A stretch of 64,000 nucleotides of DNA, from positions 310,001-374,000 of the forward strand of contig JBEUKZ010000096.1 in the NCBI GenBank assembly GCA_048128005.1, in the 5' to 3' direction. This document shows, piece after piece, positions 8,604 to 19,700 of the stretch. Positions within the stretch are counted from its first letter, which is position 1. Each line of letters starts with the position of its first letter. The notes below the pieces were generated by a model that saw only the letters and a program-made list of their open reading frames with translations, searched no databases and had not been told where the DNA came from. The translations under genes and the position numbers were made by a program. Origin of the DNA: Veleropilina oligotropha. Its lineage: Eukaryota.

Positions 8604-10853
8604 CTAGGGCCGAGGCTTCCCTATCCCGCTCTGCTTGCGGGATTTCGCTGGAGGTGCTCGCCTCTTTGGAGTGGGTTTATTGGCCGGAGGCCTACCACCC
8701 GAAGAGGGCTTCGCACGCTTAGAAGGCTTCGGGGCCGGGGTGGGCCCGGAGCGCTTCTTCGAGTTAGCAGGTGGACCCCGGGTGGGGAGCAGTACTGCCT
8801 TCTCGATGGCACGGTCCTTAATGTCCGCCGCTCTCTTGTCAACAAACTCCGTGAAGTTGTCACCAAAGAGAGTGGTGGCCGAGCAAGGTACGCATCGCAA
8901 CGAGCGCCGGGTGGGCTCGTCCAGCGAGGTACCTTCCAGGCAAGCATCCCTACGAAGTAGGAGGGCATTGCCCAGGACACGTCCCGTCTCCAACGCGCTG
9001 GTCTCCTGCGCGGCAGCAACCTCCTGGAGGAAGGACAGGGCAGCCTCGGTGGCGCCGGGTCCATTCTCCTGTAATACGGCTATCGCCCCGTCTAGGAAAA
9101 AATCCTGAACGGACGATAGCCGCAGAGCCCGTCGGGCGGAGCTCTCGAAAGCTTCCAAGGCGGACCAAGGAACTTTCGCTACGGAGGGAGGGTGACTGGC
9201 GGTCAGTCGACGCAACGAAGCGTCAACACGAGCCGGCTCAGTCGCCAGGCACGGGCCAGTGCATTCGAACGGGATCGCTCGAGTACTGGCCCGGAGGTAC
9301 CTCCCACTACGGAACCCCGAAGGGAACTCGTTCAGCGGGGAGGACTCCACCGGATTGCGCCCCTGAACGAGCTTGGTGATCGAGTCTACAACAAGATCCA
9401 CCAGCCCGGACTGAGGTAAGGAGGGGAGCTCGGGGGCTTCCCTCGCAACAAACCGATGTGCTGCCGTCCTATGCTTGGCTACGTCTACAGCCGACCGAGT
9501 CGGTTCCGACAAGCCAAGCACCCCGCGAAGTGACGCAACAGCGTCGAGCCTTCGGCGGGTGGAGGAGGTCGGCTCCTGCGTGCCTGTAAGACTAATGTCT
9601 TCGGACCCGACCGATTCAGGGAGGTCGGTGTGATTTGAACAGAGATCCTCGTCGGAACGAGGGTCGATGTCTATCACTGAGGCAGGAGCCGTGCTCTGCG
9701 CCATGGGCAGAAGTGTAGGTACCAGGTGCGGCTCGGGAGCCGTCGGCCAGGCCTTACACCGTTCCTCGATCCCCGCCGCGATCCATGCCTGGACGTTCTC
9801 AAAAGAGAAACCCGGAGGCAGGACGGGCGACGAACTAACAGCCGGTAGTTCTGTCGAGGTAACCGTGGCGCTAGGTAGACGGGCTGCATTGACAGGTCGA
9901 ACCGAGGACCAGGGTCCACGGGCACTTGTCGAGGGGTCGAACCCGAAGGACTGGCCCGGAGGCGCAGTCAGTGGGCCGGACGACCGATAGGACTGCGGCA
10001 ACAGTTCTGATCGGTCTACCACTCTGTTCGAGCGAGGCACGGACGGAAAACCGCCGTAGAACCCCGTCCCGAACGCAGCCGGTCTGTCCACGTTCTCTAG
10101 CGTGACCACGGTGGGTGCACGGGAGAGACCGGGCCCTCTGAATGTCTCGTGAGCTTCGAGGTTGAGCGGAAAACCCCTAGGGGAAGTCGCATCGTTCTCG
10201 ACCGAGGATTCAGGTTTCGCCGATTGTCCGAGTCTTAGACCTACAAGTAGGTGCCCGGCCTCTTTAAAGGCTTTCTCTGCATTGGGTCTGTCACCGTAGG
10301 AAGACGGTGAGTTTCCCGCAGAAGGACTAACTGTCCCCTTATTCTTCGAGGCCGAAGAAAAGGATGGGGATGGTCTGCCCTGTTCAGCTGTTCGCTGCGC
10401 TGTCATGTATACCTTGCTAGCCGGCAAGGTATGGCTGACTGCAGTTACTAGGCCCAGTTGTGGAGGAACGGTCGACACTCGGGTCTTTACCTGAATCTGG
10501 GGTACCGGCAAGGTTTCGGTGACTCTCCCAAGAGTCGCGGAGGTTTCGCCGGTGGATGCGGCGACAGACGTCCCCTTTTGTCGGCTGTCGTCCAGCGTCC
10601 CTGAAGTAGACAAATAAGAAACGTTAGGTAACTTACCGGTCTCTTCCTGACCCTTCTCCGGGGGAGGACCCACCGTGGCAGTCGCCCTGGTCGACTTACC
10701 GTGGTGAGACAGGGTTGCCCACTGCTTATCTGATAGAAGAAAGCACAGATCACATTGATGATGTATACTACAGCTACGGTGTTTACAACATTCCTTGTGC
10801 CTATCAAATGCGTGAATTTTCTGGTTACACCCGGAGCTACTGCACCGGACCAT
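8604..10853 (-). CDS. DIRS gag-like ORF1
   Basis: Long ORF upstream of pol; first ATG at 10853 (MVRCSSSGC...); Cys/His-rich N-terminal finger, low-complexity middle, LLLRRD..L and TLFG C-terminal motifs typical of DIRS Gag. Confidence 0.88.
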   Translation of the reverse strand: MVRCSSSGCNQKIHAFDRHKECCKHRSCSIHHQCDLCFLLSDKQWATLSHHGKSTRATATVGPPPEKGQEETGKLPNVSYLSTSGTLDDSRQKGTSVAASTGETSATLGRVTETLPVPQIQVKTRVSTVPPQLGLVTAVSHTLPASKVYMTAQRTAEQGRPSPSFSSASKNKGTVSPSAGNSPSSYGDRPNAEKAFKEAGHLLVGLRLGQSAKPESSVENDATSPRGFPLNLEAHETFRGPGLSRAPTVVTLENVDRPAAFGTGFYGGFPSVPRSNRVVDRSELLPQSYRSSGPLTAPPGQSFGFDPSTSARGPWSSVRPVNAARLPSATVTSTELPAVSSSPVLPPGFSFENVQAWIAAGIEERCKAWPTAPEPHLVPTLLPMAQSTAPASVIDIDPRSDEDLCSNHTDLPESVGSEDISLTGTQEPTSSTRRRLDAVASLRGVLGLSEPTRSAVDVAKHRTAAHRFVAREAPELPSLPQSGLVDLVVDSITKLVQGRNPVESSPLNEFPSGFRSGRYLRASTRAIPFECTGPCLATEPARVDASLRRLTASHPPSVAKVPWSALEAFESSARRALRLSSVQDFFLDGAIAVLQENGPGATEAALSFLQEVAAAQETSALETGRVLGNALLLRRDACLEGTSLDEPTRRSLRCVPCSATTLFGDNFTEFVDKRAADIKDRAIEKAVLLPTRGPPANSKKRSGPTPAPKPSKRAKPSSGGRPPANKPTPKRRAPPAKSRKQSGIGKPRP

Positions 10854-11649
10854 AGCTAAATACACGGGAGGGTGGACGTGGGTAGACGGGGTAGATAAAT
10901 AGGTATATATATGGTAGTTGAGACTTCTTTCCTTGGAGGGAGTACTACGACAACTCACAGAATTGTCCTGATCTGAAGATTAGAGATCAAGCGATATACC
11001 GTTATTAGAACCCCGAACTGGGAACACCGAGATCGGGTATTTTACCCGACCGACCCGGTAACCCGGCAAATTGACTAAAACAAAGGGGGGTTCTTTCCTC
11101 GAAAAAACCCGCCCAGAAAAACACCTGAAAACCTCGTGGATGTTTTAAGTTAGTACAATGGCGTATTATCCCAGCAACGGCAGGATATCAGAAAATTAAC
11201 GCAAGCTTAATATCAAAAGATCCTGCCTTTTTAACAACGCTAGAAAATTTTTTATATATATAATAAATAACCAGCAAATAGCGTTGTTAAGGAATTATCC
11301 AATATAATGAGTTACCTGTTTGCAGTCTCAAACAATATCAGATAATTATACAGACCAGAAATTTCAGCTACCACTCGAAAATTTTCCCTCTAAGCGGCCA
11401 TCTTTAATGGCCACTGGCGTCCTTGACGACGATGTCTGTTTTCTTTTGATGTCCAGAACTTTGGCGTCCTTGACGACGATCCGAAGTTTGAGAATCACTC
11501 TTCTATATTCACATGTGTTTCATATCCACAACACTGTTATATTCCACTACTTATATTAAGTAGAAACTGCGCCCTGATTTAACGTGAAATCGGGCGCCTA
11601 TATCGAAATATTTGCGGAGCAAAAACAACGTCTTTCCGCGACAGCGGAA

Positions 11650-11855
11650 AACTTTGAATTGATGTCATGTGACTTCTATTGTTCAGAAGTCTCACGAGAC
11701 TTGGCGAAGTCTCGCTAGGGAACGTGGGGGGTAGGAGCAGGGGAGGTAACCGTGTGCTTTTTTGGCTTATAACGGTGCATTATGGGACATATTCACCATT
11801 TCCGGTTTGGGCGATAATATGCTATTATGGCAAGAGTAAGGACGTAAGTATGTTT
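11650..11855. repeat. DIRS copy 1 inverted terminal repeat (5' side of element)
   Basis: Reverse complement of 4421-4626. Confidence 0.95.
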
Positions 11856-11863
11856 GTAACTAT

Positions 11864-13225
11864 ATAGCCAAAATTATGCCCATCCACAAAAAGGGATCAA
11901 AATCTAAAGTTGACAATTTTAGACCTATTTCCATTCTGCCGACTCTTTCAAAAGTAATAGAAAAACATGTTGCCTGTCAACTCAAGCTATACTTAAATAG
12001 TCACAATCTGTTTCATGAGAGTCAATCAGGATCTCGAGAAAAGCATTCCTGCAAGACTGCACTGATAAACCTAACAGATAAATGGCTATCACAAATGGAT
12101 GAGGGAAATATGACTGGTACAATATTTATAGACTTAAAAAAAGCATTTGATCTAATAGACCACTCCATACTAATGCAAAAACTCAAACTCTATCAATTCA
12201 ATCCTTCAATGCTAGCATGGTTCAAATCATATCTGACAGATCGGAAACAGAAAGTTGCTATCAGAAATGTACTGTCTCCTTCTCAAAATGTTAACTATGG
12301 TGTTCCTCAAGGATCAATTTTAGGACCACTTCTATTTTTGTTATATATCAATGATCTTCCTCTCCATTTAAATTCTGACACTGACTTATATGTTGATGAT
12401 ACGACCCTACACCACTCAGGAAAGGATCTTCAGCAGATAGAAACTTTCCTGAATGATGATATATCAAATGTAAATAATTGGTGTGTTGCAAATGGTATGA
12501 TTATAAATATTGACAAAACCAAGACAATGTTAATTGGTACCAGGCAGAAATTGCGCACCACTAATAAATTGCATATTATAACAAATAATCAGAAGCTATC
12601 AAACTCATCATCTGAAAAGTTATTAGGTGTTGTAATCGACAGTAACTTAACATGGAAATCTCATATTGACATGATAAGTTCAAAAATATCATCTCGAATA
12701 ACTCTGCTTCAAAGGACGAAGCATTACCTACCTCTTAAGTTGAGAAAGCTGTTTTATAATAGCTTTATTCAACCTCTCTCGGATTATTGCTCTACAGTTT
12801 GGGGAAACTGTTCTCAAGACTCTGTTAATCGTTTATGTAAACTCCAAAAGAGAGTTGCTAGAATAATTCTTGATGCGGATTATGATGCACCTAGTGGACC
12901 ATTATTCAAGATCTTAGAATGGATACCATTTAATGATAAAATAACTTTTCAAACAGCCGTACTCATGTTTAAATCTCAAAACAATTTAACTCCAAACTAT
13001 ATTTCTGAAAAATTCCAGATAACTCGCTATGAATCTGATAAGACCCTAAGATCTGTCTCCTCAAAAGCTCTAATTCTTCCAAAACCAAAATCAGAGTCTA
13101 TGAAACGAACATTTATGTACAAAGGTGCACAAATATGGAACGAGCTTCCCCAAACTGTAAAATATGTTGAAAATGTTGGCAAGTTTCGCCAAAAGATGAA
13201 ACAACATTTATTGAAATCAGATTGA
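11864..13225 (+). pseudogene. LINE ORF2 3' part (reverse transcriptase)
   Basis: [47 protein letters not shown] motifs. Confidence 0.95.
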
Positions 13226-13609
13226 TCTAATCTGATTTCATTAAATATTGAACAGAATATTGATTTATTGTCTTGCATGATGTACCAGTACTTTTTCATA
13301 TTTTTGATGTATTGTTGTAGTATCTAATTATCATTGATTTGTATCTTACGCATGTGATCTTGCTTTTTATCTTTTTAAAATATATAAATTTTTCAATTTT
13401 GTACATATAGTTAGATTATTGCCACATTAGTTCTTTAGTAGAGGGACTCGGGGAAGATTAGCAACTAAGCTAACTGTACTGCCTCTGTAAATAAAGATTT
13501 ATTATTATTATATTATTATTAAACGGCTCACACTGGCCAGCTATGCAATCCTGTTGCCTCCGCTGTTAAATCAATGAAGCATTAGTTATATTTGTTGAGG
13601 GCAACCTAC

Positions 13610-13782
13610 TTCATAATCGATCTCCAGACAGGCAAATGTTGGGTTTTCGAAGCCCACATCCACGCCGCACATGTTGTAGACGAGCGTGTTGGATTTGTGG
13701 GCCTCCAGCGGCGAGGATATGGTGAGGCGTGCCTGGGCGTCGCGATTCAGGATGTACACCAGCTTCTGCTTCTCCACTGCAC
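13610..13782 (-). CDS. SF3B3: SF3B3 coding exon 4
   Basis: CCAG|(G)[14 protein letters not shown]...[14 protein letters not shown]. Confidence 0.96.
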
Positions 13783-16700
13783 CTGGACGGACATAAACAA
13801 TAGAAAATTACAGGGACAATCAGATTATGGTGCTTTGTGCCAATAACTTTTTTATTACATGCCAATCAATTTCTAGCGCCTTTTCTCGCGCAATTTTCTA
13901 AGACCCTGTATCACGCACACAGCTGATATGAATTCGTAAAACGTCTTCTGCTTATATATTCAAAATGGCTGCCAAATCGGAGGAACTACTTCCAAGTCCA
14001 TATAGAAACACTTTTGTTCATTTTTACTGCATTTATCGAAGTAACTGACCTTGTATTGAAGCTGAAATTACATTACTGAACATTGTTTACATAAATATGA
14101 ATTGGCATTTTAAATTACAGAAATGCATCTGGCAACCAGTATAAAACTCAGAATATAAAGCATTATTTAGGTCATATTACTCAAAATTGCAATGTTAGTT
14201 TCTTAAGAGCTTTTCGATCATTCATAAAGTGACATCATATTATTATACATAGTGATGTGACGTCGTTCTCGTGATTAATTCGCCGCAAAAAGTCTGAACT
14301 CACTCTAGGTTTCTGAAGTGCCAGAATCCACACAATACTGATAACATTATTGTATCGATTTATAACGTGTTGTGATGATTATCGAAAAATCTAGCGCTAA
14401 CTAAATTAAGACGAGGGTCGAAAATACATTTTCGGACATACCTCAAGAACTATTAGAGATAGGTAGATATAATTTGACACACACACACATCCAGTATCCC
14501 AGCAGCATTATATGCCATACATATGAATGATGTATCATTGTAATTGATAAAATAACAATATTTTTTTAAAATATGTACGCTGAGACCACGGGAAAATATA
14601 TATTTCTTTATTTTACAGCTGAAAAGTGAATACAAATGGACAATATAAACTTATTGTAATATTTACTTTTACAAACATCATCTTGTGACTCCCTTGCTCT
14701 ACTTGCTTACTCAATACTCTAAAACACGAAATTATTGCGTACATGATATTACAGTGGATTCCACTCAATTGCATAACGCTTAATTGCATATTTCGGATAT
14801 TTGCATAAAATCTGCCGGAACAGAATAGTTTACTATTATTATCATATGCGAATAATCGCTTAATTGCATGCATAATTACCGGATTTTCGCTTATTTGCAT
14901 CGTTAAATTGATCAAAATACTTGCGTATTTGCCGGTATGTCTTGCTACACCATCGCAAAGATGTTTATTCAACAGTAACATTCGAAGTTTAACCATTTTT
15001 TCAACCTTGTGGGTTTCAAAATAATTTTTACTTCCGGAAAAAGTCGGAACTGAAAGTTCGATAAACATCGTTTCAGCGTAGAAATGTTACGGAAATGAAC
15101 GATGTCAATCGGGGATATTATGGGATGGCAGACATCGATCGATAAAGTGGAAAATTGGATTAAAATCTATTGTCAAAGTCCAAATGACAGACTTTAGGGT
15201 TTATCTGAACGCAAAATCAAAGATTAGGCTTACGAATCAATGTAAAAGGTGCCTTTACATGTATTCATGTGAACATCACTTAGTTCGCCGATAAATAACA
15301 TAATTATAAAACAACAACAATACAACGTGTCTTTTGTAACAAAATTAAAAATATTATCTCCCCTGATTTGGGTTCGTAGCATCGTCGTTGAGAACTACGG
15401 TGATTTAATTATTATTTTAATTTATATATGAAGACGTCTTATAAGTTTTTTTATATCATATCATAATATACTGGACTAATATAATATCGCTAGAAATAAT
15501 TAATCAATAATTGTAAAAACAAATCGATAAGAGATTAAAACACAGTGAACGATTTACTCCAAAAATTATGTGTAGCAATAATTGCTACACCTAATAATAT
15601 TGAGTAGCAATTCTAGAATATTGAGTAGCAGTATGTAATTGACGTTGTGGGTACAAATTATATGTACAGTGCTATGAACATAATATTTAATTAGAGTGAA
15701 TATGCCAGTTAGCGACCACTACGACTTGTTTCTTTAATAATAAATAACATGAAATATCATATGAATAAAAGTAGCATATTTTTTTATAAAATATAACTTA
15801 GTTTCTATGTCTACTTGTATTCATGTGCTATTTCTGTTATTTACTATTAGAGAAAAAAATCAAAGTGGCCGATTATTGAAAGTGGTCGATAACTGGCATA
15901 TTCACCCTATATATAGATACAATAAAGTTGTGTAAAATCTGTTTGCTGTTGTTGTTATCATTCATTCACAAGAGCTGCATTTAAAACATTATTTATTTCT
16001 GAATTGCTATGACATGTTGTACTACAATTACAATCAAACTGTATTGACAATTAATTTACAATTTTTGATTTCTTTGTGCTCGAAGATGGACCATATGGTT
16101 CAATAGAAGGCCGTCTTTTCGACATTGAAAAGAACTCAGTTACCAAATTATCTGCACAAAAGTCAGATAGAGCTGGTCCATCTACTTTGATCCTCATTAG
16201 AGAATCCATCGTTGACTCGCTCAATTGATTTCGCCAATCTGTTTTGATTATATTCATCATTGAGAAAGACCGTTCAACTTTAGCATTTGATGCGGGAAAC
16301 ACACGGAGAATTAACAAGAACGACGCGTTCGAAATATGTCTTGACCTTTCTTTATTTCCCTCAAATTTTCATAACAGTTAATACAATGGCTAAGTGCAAG
16401 TACTTAATGGCTGAATTTACTACCCCGTCGATTATGACGTCACCCAAATGACGATTAATCTAAAGCGACGTCATAATGACGTCATTGCTATTTGCTTGCA
16501 ATATTAGACATCAGTTACATACGAATATGGATTAAAGTGCTCAATAAATGCATATTTTTGCAAAATTGTGTCGCGAAAGTTATATACACGACCTACAAAT
16601 ACTCTTGGGAATGTGTGTACCAATTTTGGTGAAAATTGAGCGGGTAGTTTTCAAATAAATCGACGGATATATATATATATATGTATATATGTATATATAT

Positions 16701-19700
16701 ATATATATATATGTATATACACACGGACCATTTGATAATGTCTTGTCCTTTTTTACAAAAAGGTCAAGACATAAAAATACATGTTTGAGACTGCTAAACA
16801 AATGAGAACGACTTCCAGTTGTGACATTCTTCAACACTTGATCCACAGATAATGTTTGCAAATTTCTATGCCAAAAGACTTTAAAGATTTGGAATTCTCT
16901 TATCACATCATCATTATTTATACCTTTCTTTTCCAGAAGAGTATGGAAGTGTTTGAGAAATACATTCAATTCATCTAATCCATATGTGCGCAACACATTG
17001 TCATCCTCATTTATAGGATATAAAGTGAAATCCAATAACTTAAGGCACCTAAAAATGTTTTGGTCATTGATGTCATTCAAGTCGTCACACCTTGATTTCA
17101 CACATCTCAAAATGTCACTTACATACTCCCTAACTTTTTTGCAAAACTGCCTTGTTCCATTTCTAATGTCTGATAACTGAATGTCCTTGAATGTTAACTC
17201 ACCAGTGTCTAACATGCCTGTTCGGACGAGATCATTTAGTTGAGTACTTATTGCAGACAAATCAATTCCACTCTCATCTTGACCTTCTTCTGACAATGCT
17301 AGTAGACCGTCACACATTGCATAAAATTCATGAAGTAATGATTGTGCATGTAATAAGTCTAATGAATCACTGCAAACTCACTGATAATTTACTCACAGGG
17401 TTCAAGATAGCTTCAAAAAATATAAGATGCAAGACAAACGAAGTGCTTTTCATTTTCTTGATATACCCTTTGACCTTAGCTTTATCGGTGGATGCGGCTG
17501 TAGCAGGATCACTTGCCAAACTTTCTAGATGATTCATTATAATACCATAAGATTGCAAAAGTGATTTAGATGCACGGGCCTTATGTTGTACCCATCGGGT
17601 GCCTTGCGCTTTGCCTGGTTTATGGATTGTTTCTTCCATTACTGAAGCTAGTTGTTTAAGTTCTCTGAGTTTTTTCGGGCTTTTTTCATAAAAATAATAC
17701 AGACGCATTAGCATTTCACAAATTGTTTCTTCTATGTAAGTGTTTTTAAATGCATCCTTGATGGCTAGTTCTAAACGATGATTTAAACAGTGAATGCCAA
17801 TTACCCAGTCCATTTCATGTTTTAGCAATGCAACAAGGCCACTTTTCTTCCCCAAATTCACACTAGCTCCATCTGATAAAAATCCAATGAACTTGTCGTA
17901 AATGTCCACAGAATTTTCAGTGAAACTGTCAAGTAGGCATTCTTTTATTCCAGTGGCTGTACATAGCATGTTTCACAGATCTGAGGGCATAAAAATTACA
18001 CTTCACTTCAGCAGAATCATTGACATGCATCACAAATATGCTTTCCTTTTCAATTGCACTGACATCTGTTGAACCATCACACATAACTGTAAAATATTGA
18101 CTTGTGTTCAGTTCTTTAATCATTTCGCTTTTCAAGTTGTTAGAAATAATAGAAGTGAATTCTCTACACATGTTCTCAGTTTGATACGTCTGTCCCAAGT
18201 CAACGCCATGCCGTTTTTCCAACTCGGTTAGAAAACTAAATTTCTTGAAAGCAATCATCTCTTTAGCCATTCCATAGGCAATATCAAATAATTTTACTAA
18301 TCTTTGATCGTCGTCTGTTTTTGCTTTTTTAAAAGCTTGACCAATAGGAGTTCCATATATTTTGTCTCGATCAGTCACACAGTTTAACTCATATGATTCA
18401 GCTCTTGTGTGCATGTCTGAATGTTTATGCTTTTTTAACTGGTCCTTTTTCAAACTTGATCCCTGTATACCGTTTACAAACGACATACTAAAATTGCGAT
18501 GTCCGCGAAGCCGGTCCACATGTCGCATGCATAATTTACAATTAATTTGAGTAACAATATTCCCCGACACTTCACAATCTATCCACGAGACTGGAATATC
18601 AAGCTCATCTTTCCATCTCTTAGCTGTTATCGAAGAAACCCCTGCCATTTTTAGTTTTACTTTAAATGTTTCATAATTATAAACAACCGCGTGGGCAGAC
18701 GACAAAAATGGCAGTCAATGCTATAGGTAACATAGTCCGCAATGAAATATGTATTACTCCGCAATATTTCTACGCCAGGTTTCATAACTAATGACCAATA
18801 AATATTTCACGAACATGTCCTGCCTTGAACCTCGATTTTGTAAATATACAGGACATTAAGCATCATTCCTCCCTCCCTCTATACTAAATACGTGAGACTT
18901 GCCACCCGCGTCAGTCGAACTATTTTGCGGCTTGAAGCCTCACAATTGACCGTCTTCACCGCATCGGAAATACCACGTAGCTATAAATAGACACTGGACA
19001 TAAACCAGCCCTTGTTCGAAAAATGGTTCTTGAAAACGAGTCCTTCAGTTAATGCATTTATTCTTGCTTCCAAATGCAGTCTCATTCTCAATTTAGTTTA
19101 ATAGTTTGAATTTGATGGTCGGATTTATCGAACAGAAGCGACACTGCAACGAGCGTATTTGTTTTGATCTATTTTCTCCTTTGGACACCAATTTTGCGAA
19201 AATTATGGATTAAAAGCATTTAATGTAGGTATAATTATATGCATTTCTTTGTTACTGGAATTTTATGTGCCGTTGACGTTGTGTCGCAATCGCTGCGATC
19301 CCATTTCGAAATGGATCGCAAGCAGCTCAAAATTGGTTCGCATTTTGCGATGCGATACTGCTTAAATCGTTCACTGAAACATATGGTTAAATTTTCAACA
19401 TGGCGGCCAATAACGCGACACGTGTTCAGCAGAAGAGAAACGTTCAGAATATGAATTTCCACAGGATAGTAAACTATATATCAATTCTACTGAAACAGGT
19501 CAGAATAACCACAAAATATTGTGTATACAATCCGTATTTATGGAAAGAAAATACATTACGCAAATTCTCCTTTGCAAATAAATTTATTACCAGGACATAT
19601 ATTTATAATAAAGAACCATTTAAATAAAAGTAATTATCATGGGTGATTTCCGGCGAAAAACTTTTCGAAATTTACGTAACGGTTAAACGCATAATCCGCT

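Larger units (their letters stand above)
4389..11863 (-). mobile_element. DIRS1-type tyrosine-recombinase retrotransposon, copy 1 (full length, ORFs intact)
   Basis: 206-bp inverted terminal repeats at 4421-4626 and 11650-11855; internal complementary region 4687-4777 reproduces both element ends; gag, RT-RNaseH-methyltransferase and YR ORFs; no target-site duplication. Confidence 0.97.
15543..19376 (-). mobile_element. hAT-superfamily DNA transposon (ZNF862-like transposase) with 5-bp target duplication
   Basis: Perfect 14-bp TIR CAGTGAACGATTTA / TAAATCGTTCACTG; AAACA at 15538-15542 and 19377-19381; transposase pseudogene inside. Confidence 0.88.

Noticed and set aside
6086..9990. Many plus-strand and alternative-frame ORFs inside DIRS (e.g. 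8325-8960, 8635-9108) and their copies at 27264-31168
   Set aside because: Shadow ORFs of GC-rich coding sequence with no recognisable motifs; their presence in both copies only reflects near-identity.
5619..10958. Prophage or bacterial integrase contamination (GC-rich, tyrosine recombinase, MTase)
   Set aside because: RT-RNase H, ITR and ICR structure identify a eukaryotic DIRS element inserted cleanly in a host LINE.
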